Below, piece by piece: positions 48,601 to 58,785 of a DNA stretch of 64,000 bases. Position 1 is the first letter of the stretch. Each line of letters opens with the position of its first letter. The notes under the pieces are model-generated. The model was not told the DNA's origin, searched no databases, and saw only the letters and a list, made by a program, of their open reading frames with translations. Location of the stretch: positions 93,372,001 through 93,436,000 of the forward strand of contig NW_026262723.1 in the NCBI RefSeq assembly GCF_021869535.1, in the 5' to 3' direction. The stretch is from Mytilus californianus. Taxonomy: Eukaryota. The position numbers and the translations under genes were made by a program.

Positions 48601-48860
48601 TTAATGATGTTTATAGAGCCCTTAACTTTGGATAAGATCTATGTTAATTCATGTATCCTTTGAATAAACTTATTATAAAAAGTGATTAATTTAACAATGT
48701 GGTCAAATATTTGAATTTTGTGTTCTATTTGTACCAATATTTGTTTTGTTTTTGATTAACTTAAACATAACTAAATATGTTTTGCTATATACAATAATGA
48801 AAACTTATGCAATATACTTATATTTTGGCAATGCACAAGGTCATGTTTTTCTCAATAAAA

Positions 48861-48981
48861 AAATAGAAGATGTGGTATGATTGCCAATGAGACAACTTTC
48901 CATCAGAGAGCAAAAGACATAGAAGTTGGCACCATTAGATCACCTTACGACCTTCAACAATGAGCAAAACCCATATCGCAT
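48861..48981 (+). mobile_element. Family A head
   Basis: gaagatgtggtatgattgccaatgagacaac..acgaccttcaacaatgagcaaa. Confidence 0.8.
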
Positions 48982-50126
48982 TTCTCCGACTGTTTAAGGC
49001 GTCTTAACAGTAAATCTGTTGGGTGTTTACTGATTTGTATTTAAAGTCTGTGAGAAGATGATCATTTTTTTAGTTTTAATTGGTTTTAAACTAGCTTTCA
49101 GTAACTACGGATTCTCTCAAATAGGTACTGTGTTACTTTTGTAATTTTGTTAGTTGTTCTTTGTTCTTAATTAAAAAAAAAACTTGTTTAAACACGCCAC
49201 ACATTCATGATCCTGTGTCCCAAGCCAGAAACCTCGTCATCAACTTTTTGTCTCATGTAATATCTCAATGTTTTTTGTGGTTGTTTGATTTTGATTGATT
49301 TTATTTATTTTGAAGAATTTGATGGCAGATCTTTGATTGTTTCATTTAAATTCATTCACAACTTTTAGATTCGGTACGGTTAAGAGCTTATCATATTTTA
49401 TAGACGCCTGTCTACTGTTGAAGACTATATATTGCTCTAGTGTCGTTTTTTATGTCTCATTGACTTTTAAATTACATTTATTTTCTTTAATCTTAAACGA
49501 CAAATTTAAAATAATATATCAAGTATTGGCAATCTTATTTCAGTGACACACCTAGAAATTTTCCGTAATGACACAAAATAAAGAAAACAACAAAAGCCAT
49601 GAAAGCAATGCTGAATATACCAAAGAACAACAAGTACTTGTGGACAGGTAGAGTGATATGTTTTATTGATGATACTTGTAGGTTCCACAGTGTGAAATGA
49701 TTCTTTATGGTTTAATATAAATTAGAGTGTGTGACAAATTCGTGACAAGCAAAATCAAGAAATGAAAAAACCCACAACGCTTAAACATTGTAAAACTTTC
49801 TATGATGAATTCAATCTTTGAATTCCTGTTATATTGGTTATCACACCAAAAAATATAAATCGGCATAGCATATGCACTTGTTCAAAATATAAATTGATTT
49901 TTAAAATCGTGTCTGATCGACGTTTCTCTTACATTTTCTACTTTAACCAGTTTTGGAGGGAACAGCCAAAAGTCGTATATTCCACGAAAGTAAATTAGTA
50001 TTGATAGCAATTTGCTATATATATAATCTATATCATGCCAGCTGCGAGTGATATTTCTAACTTTTTTTTACACTTAATCATTACGTAATCTTAAAAAAAA
50101 TAAAGAAAACTATTCCCAGTCATTCG

Positions 50127-50350
50127 TTTTTCATGCCCTCGCCGCTAAGTGTTACCCTTGTCCATCTGACTGTACGTCCGTCCGTAAGTCCCAAAATTAG
50201 TTTCCGTTCTCTAACTTTAGTTTGCCTTCACCAAATGTTATGAAACTTATACACAATACTTATTACCACAAAACACAAGTTTGAATTTGGATTGCGTCAC
50301 TTTTACCGTTCTTGAGTTATGTCTCTTTATAACGTCCCATGGACACATTC
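50127..50350 (+). mobile_element. Helentron-associated (HINE/DINE-like) element, degenerate
   Basis: T-rich start tttttcatgccc, a (GTCC)n tract and a 3' hairpin gtcc-cat-ggac. Confidence 0.5.
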
Positions 50351-50433
50351 TCCATTTATTTAATTTTATTCCGAATACATGTCTCAATTTGACATAATAC
50401 ACAAACATTAAAATAGTTTAATCGTTTTAATAG

Positions 50434-50585
50434 GACACTAGCTTATCCAGAATGTATGTATTACGACATCCTTGAAGTTCCGAGACTGTCACCTATAGAT
50501 GTTATATCAAAATCGTACAGGAGGCTGTCCTTACAACTACATCCCGATAAAAACAAAGCACCAAGAGCAGAGGAAGCATGCAAAG
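50434..50585 (+). CDS. J-domain (DnaJ/Hsp40) exon, DNAJB12/14-like
   Basis: ttttaatag|(R)[51 protein letters not shown]|gtaat; HPD intact; phase 2-1; absent from the ORF track. Confidence 0.88.
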
Positions 50586-50987
50586 GTAATATTATCAGAT
50601 GTCAAAATCTATTTTATGAATTTGTATCCCAGTAGACCGGTTTATTATAGAATATTAAATTTTTAGCAATACGACTCGTTCCTTAAAAAAGGAATGTCTT
50701 CATTTTCAATCTCCATTGTTCAAAACTACCATGGCGTACCAATTTGAGATGAAGAACAGCAATAACAGCATTGTTCCTTTGCTTTTGTTTATTTCATGTA
50801 CGTGTAGTGATTTTGTGTCAGGAAAACATGAGACACCATTTACTGTCTTTTCCATCAAATTTTTTATTAAAGATTATTTCGCTAAGGAAAACAATATCTG
50901 AATTAAATCAACGCGAAATTCCATTCAATTGTACTATATGTATTTAAAAAGATTAATAATTTGCTATTGCTTATACATTTATCTTAG

Positions 50988-51107
50988 TGATAAACAATGC
51001 TTATGACAAACTGAGTGACACCGAGAGTAAACACCTATATGACACAGTAGAGCTACCCAATATAGAAGAACGCTTAAGACAGAGGAACAGGACTCATAGT
51101 TATTCAG
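50988..51107 (+). CDS. J-domain second exon
   Basis: atcttag|VINNAYDKLSDTESKHLYDTVELPNIEERLRQRNRTHSYS G|gtaaa; in frame with the previous exon and completes helices III-IV. Confidence 0.85.
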
Positions 51108-52651
51108 GTAAAATTATCTCGTAATTAAAATATGGTGTAAATAACATTTTTACATCGCGATGACCTTGAGGTCATCCCGATGTATTGCTATCGCCTAGAT
51201 TTCCATTATGTAAATTAGTTTTGGGTTTGTAACCGATCTATAAACATGAAAAATACGCGCACATAAACGAGTGCAAAATAACATTCCTTATCGTTTGATA
51301 TAAATACATCTCTTCAATGAATACTGATAAAAATATTTTTGTTTACAACATAAATTAATAATATGAAAATGTTTTGTAGTTAGATATATATATATATAAG
51401 TAAAAAATCATTGATAATATCAATGCACACGTACCGAAAAATTGTGTTTAAGCATGCGGAAGAATATCTCAAAGAACGTTTTGTGAAAATACCGTCAAGG
51501 ACCGGTAACTCTGTAATTGATTTTGCGGGAAAATATGAATGCCTACTCGTATCCAATCTTAGAAAAATCGAATTTTTACAGAAAAGTGTCCACCATGCAC
51601 TTGCATTGCACTATTTTTAGAATAGTAGAATAGAATGATATACAAATGGACTCAAATCATATATATATGTAACTGTTATTTTAATATAATATAAACAACA
51701 ACTCAGTGTATACTGATTTGTATCACTACAATATAATAGTTATTACGGTGAAGTTGAATTTCCTGTCATTTATTCATCATCCACGCACGAACTTGTCTCA
51801 GAAAAAAATATATCTCTGTACATTAACCTCAGTTTTAGATAAAGAGATAGTTGTTTTATTTCTGAGACAAGTGCTTTTGACCATCCTCAAGAACTTGTGG
51901 TCATCCGATGTTCAGTACTTCAGTACTTTGATTACTTTCATCACAACTTTTAATTTAGCAATTCCTTAAAAGTTAATCACTTTTTTTTTCTGTTGCTTAG
52001 ACCTTAAACGTGTTGCACATGCACTGCAGTCGGTTTTCTGATGTATTATTACAGAAACAATATTTACAATTGTGCATGAACTGTTGATTTTACATGTATA
52101 CCTTGTTTTCTTCATAAAATAACCTAATATAAGAATGAATATAATAGAGGTAAGCAGTATTTCTTCTTTTTTTTAGATGACTATTACAAATATAATTATA
52201 ATGTTTATGCTAATTTGAGGGGAAGCATGTTGTCTAGCATTTAAGAACAGAAAGAAAAAGAATATATTTTTTTTTTCAAATATTTTATGTATATGTTACA
52301 TATTTGTATTGTTTATTGTTTATTTGTGTTATCTCATGTATTTAGTAGCAATTTACTTGTTTGGATTTTACACTCATAGATATGTTATGATATATTCTTA
52401 TTTCCATTGGATTATTACCGTTGCTGGTAAACTGTCAGTTTTTTCTACAGTAACCTCCGCTCTTTAGCCAGTGCTCGACATAAACAGGTCCACCATTCCT
52501 CATAATGCTCCACTCCGAGTGTAGCGATAAGAGAAAACAGCAGGTACTGGCATAAAATAAATGATACATTCTTTCTGTTTTTGGCATTCATCACTTTTGA
52601 ACTCAGCGAATCTGATGAGGTCTATTAAAAAATCAGATATGGTGCGTAATG

Positions 52652-52861
52652 AAAACCGAGCGTTTATATTACTGTGACATTCATGTCAGTATAAAACCGA
52701 GCGTTTATATTACCGTGACATTCATGTCAGTATAAAACCGAGCGTTTATATTACCGTGACATTCATGTCAGTATAAAACCGAGCGTTTATATTACCGTGA
52801 CATTCATGTCAGTATAAAACCGAGCGTTTATATTACCGTGACATTCATGTCAGTATAAAAC
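52652..52861. repeat. 41-bp minisatellite, 5 units
   Basis: Unit aaaaccgagcgtttatattaccgtgacattcatgtcagtat; one substitution in the first unit. Confidence 0.95.
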
Positions 52862-52965
52862 AGAAAAAAAATATAATGCAAATGGTAAAAATGAAAGTCT
52901 TCTAAAAAGGATGATTATAAATTGTAATAAATTAGATAAATTATAGATATTGTATTGTCTTTCAG

Positions 52966-53063
52966 CGGAAGCAGAACAAAATTCACAAAACCAGACATAT
53001 TGTGATCATCAACAAACATTTAGCCGACGAAGGACTATTTTTGAAAGGATGGACGAAGATTTT
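52966..53063 (+). CDS. Candidate downstream exon of the J-domain gene
   Basis: gtctttcag acceptor; phase-1 compatible AEAEQNSQNQTYCDHQQTFSRRRTIFERMDEDF|gtatgt. Competing phase-1 acceptors exist near 52000 and 52176. Confidence 0.3.
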
Positions 53064-54045
53064 GTATGTATAATTTTACATATTTTAATCACATCTTTCC
53101 ACATTAATGTCTTCAAATTAACCAGTCAGTGCGGTGAAAAAGAGACAAAATGTCGTCTAAATTTTGAGTTTAATCTTTCCATATAACGCAAGGCTATAAC
53201 AGGTCTTTATGTCTACTTTATTTTCCACCCTGTCGTTAGAAACTCGTAATTTCACATTTTTTTCAAATTATCGTCTTTCCGAATGGACTTTTTTTGTAAT
53301 TTTGTAATCCAACTATTTCAAAATATTTATTTGATCTTATCTGCTTACTTTTTCTTTAAAAGAGTTTAATTTTTGGAATAACGAGCTTCCATAATTGCCA
53401 GTTTAAATTTGCATCTACTCTATAACAGTTTACAGTTATAAGTTGTTTTCGAATATCACATTTTTTCGTTAAAATAAAGACATGAACTGTATTTGCTTGT
53501 CCATATAAGTACACATTTGTAACTAATTGTGTAGTAAACATCCTTTATGTTTTTCCTGATAAAACTTTATAAGAGCAGGTATAGACATTCCTAAAATTAT
53601 TGATGATGAAAATTAAAACTGGAAGTTAAACACGGAACTTGATCACTTATCTCACGGTCATTAATTTTCAATTACTAGTAGCACTCAAGTAATATTTCAA
53701 TTTACTACTTTTTTGCAATTATATATATTTTTTCTAGTTTATTGTTGTTATGTATAAACAAAATTGCTTTTAAATGTTTTTTTTTTTTAGTATTTGCGCT
53801 TTTGTAATGTCAAAAAAGAGGTCTGATTATATAAAGGCAAAATCACCGATGAACATTCCGAGTGAAAATTCCGCGCGGATTTGTCCAGTCCATTGCGCTA
53901 GTTAGCTTCAGGCAAGATCAAACATTACAACAAGTTTCAAAGTAATCAAAGATCATCGAAGGTTTCAATGACACATTTTTGCTGTTCTGTTCTTGCGTCT
54001 GAAATAATTTTGACACTATAATAACTATACTAACGCTATTTAAAA

Positions 54046-54480
54046 CTAGATGTGTCGGAACAACACAAATGGCCCCGCTCGCGAAAAAAGCTTGAAGCCA
54101 TTTTTAAGAGTGGAAATTTGAGAATAAAAGTCTGTATAACTGTTATTTTCACGAAAAGTCCAAAGCCCGTAATTCGGCAAAAATCTGCGACTCTTTTCAC
54201 AAAAAATCGTACGATTAAAATTGATCGTAAGTTATACTGAAATGTTCATGACTTACGAGTATTTTTACTCGTAAGATTTTTTGTGAAAAGAGCCCCAGCA
54301 GAGCGGAACCAACCGTAAACTCGAACTGTTACTCATCATAGTAGACTCACATTTATTAAACATCAGCTCAATATGTGAAAGCGTTAAATAAGTCCGTATA
54401 ACTATTCGTTGGTGAATGACGGAATGACGGATAAGGGTAAAACTACAATAAACTAAAGTACTTTGTTGCGGGGCCATAAA
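54046..54480 (-). mobile_element. Helentron-associated (HINE/DINE-like) non-autonomous element
   Basis: Perfect 10-bp subterminal inverted repeat ATGGCCCCGC (54069-54078 and 54468-54477), (GGAATGAC)n tract, 3' hairpin TGTGT..ACACA, then CTAG followed by a T run. Confidence 0.7.
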
Positions 54481-55555
54481 AAGTTAAAACGTAGCGTGCA
54501 TTAACCGCGCGTAACTTCGCACGAGGAAGTCCCAATAATCAGAGGGGAATTTGAAGTTTTGTTTAATTTCACATGGGATAATCTCAACTAATCAAATATT
54601 GCTTACGCTATCAATATTTACATTCAGTGCAATAATACCCATTATCCAATAGACAGTTTGGATGTTGTATCAATTAGAGACAGGAGTGGTAGAGAGTTTT
54701 CTCATTGGCATTCATAGCACAGAAAGAAATCTCTTGACAAAGACGTTTTAATTCTTTGTATTTATTTTTTGTCCCTGAAAAAAATTGTTTCGCTATCTAT
54801 ATTTACCTTTAGTTGAATAATACATATTAAGGGGTGGATGCATATGATTCGTCACACTATATAAGCAATAGACATGTTATCACAATTAAGGACAGAAATG
54901 GTAGAGGGTTGTCTCATTGGCATTCGTATCACATATTCAAATCTCTTAATTCTTTGTGTTTATTTTTTTCATCCTAATCTGTGGATTTAAACTGTTACCT
55001 GTTCCAAGTACCCAAGACGCTATGAACTTGAACATAGGCTATGTTATCAAAAGAATATAATCTAATTAAAATATAGATGTCTGATTTCGTTATACTTATA
55101 TGAGTAAGCGAGTTCCGATAGATGTGATGTGACTTTTTATCAGATTACAAAAGAATACAGATATGACTTTCTTTTATATTGTGTAACCAATTATGATAAT
55201 ATGTTGTTTTTCATTTCCAGGTCAAACTTGTATTGATGCTTGGTGTACCTATACTTATTCTGTTGTTGTATCCAGTCATCAGCTATATGTTTTCTTCTAA
55301 CGAGATTTTTATGCTGCGTAGATCAGGGTATTTTTTCCTTATTTCTCAATTATTTTATAATGATTGAACATATCGCGACGAAACAAATGATATCATATCA
55401 TAGAAACATATCACCATTCAAAGTTAACCTATAGTACCTAGTAAATCCTTACCACTTAATGTTTTGGAATTAGTATACCATTACCAAAGCAAACAACGCA
55501 AGTCTAAGGCATACAATATGAACAAACCTATGCATATTCTCTCTGAAAAATTGTC

Positions 55556-55780
55556 AAGGAAAAGAGAGTCGGTCTATACAAAGGGAATTTTGAAACTCAA
55601 GAGTAAGTCGATGGCAAACTGACAACGCCATGGCAAAACATGAAAAACTACAAAAGACAAACAACAGTATACAAAACAAAACACAGAAAAGTAAAGACTG
55701 AGCAACACGAATCCCACCAAACAAAAACCTGGGTGATCTCGGGTGCTCCGAAAGCGTAAACAAAACCTGCTCCACATTTC
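55556..55780 (-). mobile_element. Family E tail copy
   Basis: Reverse relative of 16915-17150. Confidence 0.75.
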
Positions 55781-55941
55781 GTTTCGATTTGACCGGTGGA
55801 TAATATTAAGATATTTTGTATTTAAAAGTACTCATCTGGAGAAAGAGAAGAGGATATTATATTTTCTTTTAATTTCTAACCATTCAAATGTGGTGTGTAA
55901 GTGTGTGTCTTTCATTTTGGTTAACATTGGAAGCTACTATA

Positions 55942-56702
55942 CGGGGCGCCGAACGGGACTCTTGTGGTTTTGTTCAACAAAAATGAGTTCAGTTTAACAA
56001 AATTTGTAGCATACTACAAATCTAAATTTTGTCATACAAAATTATCTTTCAGTGGACAAAAGTTACTTTTGTCATGACAAAATTCAGTTTTGTATCACAG
56101 ACTTTACTTTTGTTACCTAATTTCAAAATTGGGCGACAAAATTCAGTTTTGTATGCAAATTAGTTTACTTTGGATTCTGTGAACTAATTTGCATACAAAA
56201 CTGAGATTTTGTCACAAAATTCAATTTTGTGTTTATTTTTGTGTAGACAAAATTGAGTTTTGTTAAACAGAAGTGAAAATTTAACAAAAGTTAATTTTGT
56301 CACGGTTAAATTTTCACTTCTGTCTAACAAAACTCAATTTTGTCTACACAAAAAATAAATTTAATTACAAAATCACAGGATGCTAATTTAATCAACATGT
56401 TAATTGCGTACAAATTCAATTTTGTCTCACAAAATTGACTTTTGTGTTTTAATTTCCATATCAGGTAACAAAAGTTGATTTTGTATGCAAATAAGTTTAT
56501 ATTTGCATACCTATTTGACAAAATACAAAAATGAATTTTGTCTACAGAGTCTACAAAAAATGACAAAATTGAAGTTCTCATAAAACAAGTCTGTATCACA
56601 TAGTTTTGTAAGACAAAAATGATTTTGTTATGACAGAATTGAATTTTATGTACACAAAATTGATTTTGATTACAAAAAGTTCAAGTCCCATTCGGCGCCC
56701 CG
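55942..56702. mobile_element. 761-bp TIR element with TA flanks and a modular foldback interior
   Basis: CGGGGCGCCGAA(C/T)GGGACT inverted at both ends; TA at 55940-55941 and 56703-56704; interior built from ACAAAATT..TTTTGT modules. Confidence 0.85.
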
Positions 56703-57028
56703 TAGCTACATTGATAGTGTAAATTGTTTGAAGCGATTCAGATTTTCACTTTTTATCATGAACACCGCCTTTGCTAATATTTCAGAGTATATACAGAACA
56801 ACGTTTCACTAGTGTGAGAAGAATTCCTTACTATGTAAAGAAAGGCTATCAACCAAGTAATTTACAAGCATATCATGATTTGGAGAAAAATGTAGAATTG
56901 AAATATTATAGGATAAAGAATCCGTATTCATAATAGATATTGGTGTAATACAATAATAACTGTTCTGGCTAAGACATTTGAGTTATAAGGAAACTGACAT
57001 AAATTATACTGATACAGAATCGATGGTA

Positions 57029-57319
57029 GAGGGTGTGGATGGGGTTTACAGAATAGAGAATAATGGGCAAAAAAATTAAAGAATAGAGAAAAATGGGCGA
57101 AGGAAATAAAGAATAGAGAATAATGGGGTGCTAAAATATTAAGAATAACTGCAAAAATAAAAAAAATTGGGTAAAAATTTACTGATTACAGAAAAGAACA
57201 ATTTCCAGAATACAGTTATCAAGTAATTACAGAGTATAGCTATTATTTTTAAAGAAAAAAAAATAATGAGCGAATAAATTAAAGAATACAGAAATGAAGG
57301 ACCACCCATCCATACCCTC
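57029..57319. mobile_element. Probable MITE
   Basis: GAGGGT(G/A)TGGATGGG inverted ends and an internal agaatagagaa(t/a)aatggg repeat x3; no clean TSD. Confidence 0.5.
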
Positions 57320-58116
57320 ATGGTATAAAAAGAAACAATGTTCAAGTCAATTTGAAATATGAAAGTTATACAGATTTAAAAACATGATTTTCAAAATCTT
57401 ACAGATAAACATATTGCTACTCTAGATATTGTTTGTGATCTTGTCAAATTTCAAGGTGCTGCGGTAAGATATTTCCTACTTTACATCATTTGAAATTAGT
57501 AATATTGCCCAACAGGACTAGGGTATTAATAAACAGTTACAATTTTTGGCGAGTGGTGTCTCATTTCTGCTACGACTAGGCTTGATTTTCACAAAATAAA
57601 GAACAGTGCAAATGAAAAAAATATTTTACATAGCTTAAAAATAAAATTGACTTCGGAATTGACCTGTTTGAACATAGTAACTGTTACTGGATGTGGATTT
57701 TTTGGTTAAGTCCAGAAATAACAAAAAAATGTCTTGGCTCAAATCTTGGTTCTTTACATTTTGCGATGAGAATGAACAGTCCCGTTTTGACCCAAATAAA
57801 GCCTGGCTCGAACATTGCTAATTGTGATATAAAACAACTTTTTTGGCTAAACTTTGGCTCGTGTCACTTATGTTTGCAGTGCACCAGAAATTGAAGCAAT
57901 TATTGGAATACATGAAACAATACTGTCTGCTATACGGAAAATATATACATGTACAGCTGAAATATTTTCTAAAATTAACGAAATAATCTAACATATTATA
58001 ATTTCCTTATTATCAAATGTTTTGTAATTCTCATTTTAAGTTACAACACACATTCCTGACGTTATCCATTTTTCTATGAATTGTCAGATAATTTTTCGAC
58101 TAAATGTTTACCCTTC

Positions 58117-58785
58117 TTATTTCTTTTCAGCAGAATAAGGTCCAACAATGTTTTTCCTAGAAAACCCGTTATTTCTGTTTTGGTTATCGAGATCCTTTGT
58201 AAACTTTGAATAACACAGAACTATTACCCTGTAGCATAACAGAAACAGAATCAAGATGTTTTTAGCAGTGAAAAATATAATACCATACGACAACACTCCT
58301 TTGACAAAAATTGCATACAATCTAACACCAAGAAAAGGACCATCTTGCAAAATCAAGCAAATAAATAAGGTCCAGATTTCTAGTTGGAAAACTTTGTCAC
58401 AACAAGCAGAATATCCGACCTTTTCCTGTCCCACTTCATCCTCTGGAATATCACCATCTACAGCAGTATGCTTTGCAATAGCCCTGCTACCAATATTCCT
58501 GGTCGCGGTAAGGATTAAACAGAATTGAAGTAAACTAAGGGACCACACTCCTAAAGTTACATAACTGAATGTAACATCTGACCTTATTTCTGGTTCTTCA
58601 AAAATTACAAAAAGTTCCATGACGTCTGATGCAGATCCTATGTATACAAATAAAAGTTGCGAAAGTTGATCGCGTGTCAATTTCCCCCTAGGTAACACCC
58701 ATCTTGCAATTACAAACATAAACAGCATGAGTTGCTCCAGGACGGATGCCCAGGTGTCTGCATCTAATTTCAAAGGCAATGTTAC
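58117..58785 (-). CDS. TMEM26: TMEM26 exon 3
   Basis: tttacag|VTLPLKLDADTW..PYSAEKK*. Confidence 0.93.
   Translation of the reverse strand, partial: VTLPLKLDADTWASVLEQLMLFMFVIARWVLPRGKLTRDQLSQLLFVYIGSASDVMELFVIFEEPEIRSDVTFSYVTLGVWSLSLLQFCLILTATRNIGSRAIAKHTAVDGDIPEDEVGQEKVGYSACCDKVFQLEIWTLFICLILQDGPFLGVRLYAIFVKGVLSYGIIFFTAKNILILFLLCYRVIVLCYSKFTKDLDNQNRNNGFSRKNIVGPYSAEKK

Noticed and set aside
56780-56990. Possible GIY-YIG endonuclease remnant
   Set aside because: No frame gave a recognisable motif.
58256-58528. Plus-strand ORFs opposite real exons (also 9848-10030, 13209-13394, 20231-20473, 63257-63514)
   Set aside because: Antisense shadows of genuine coding sequence.
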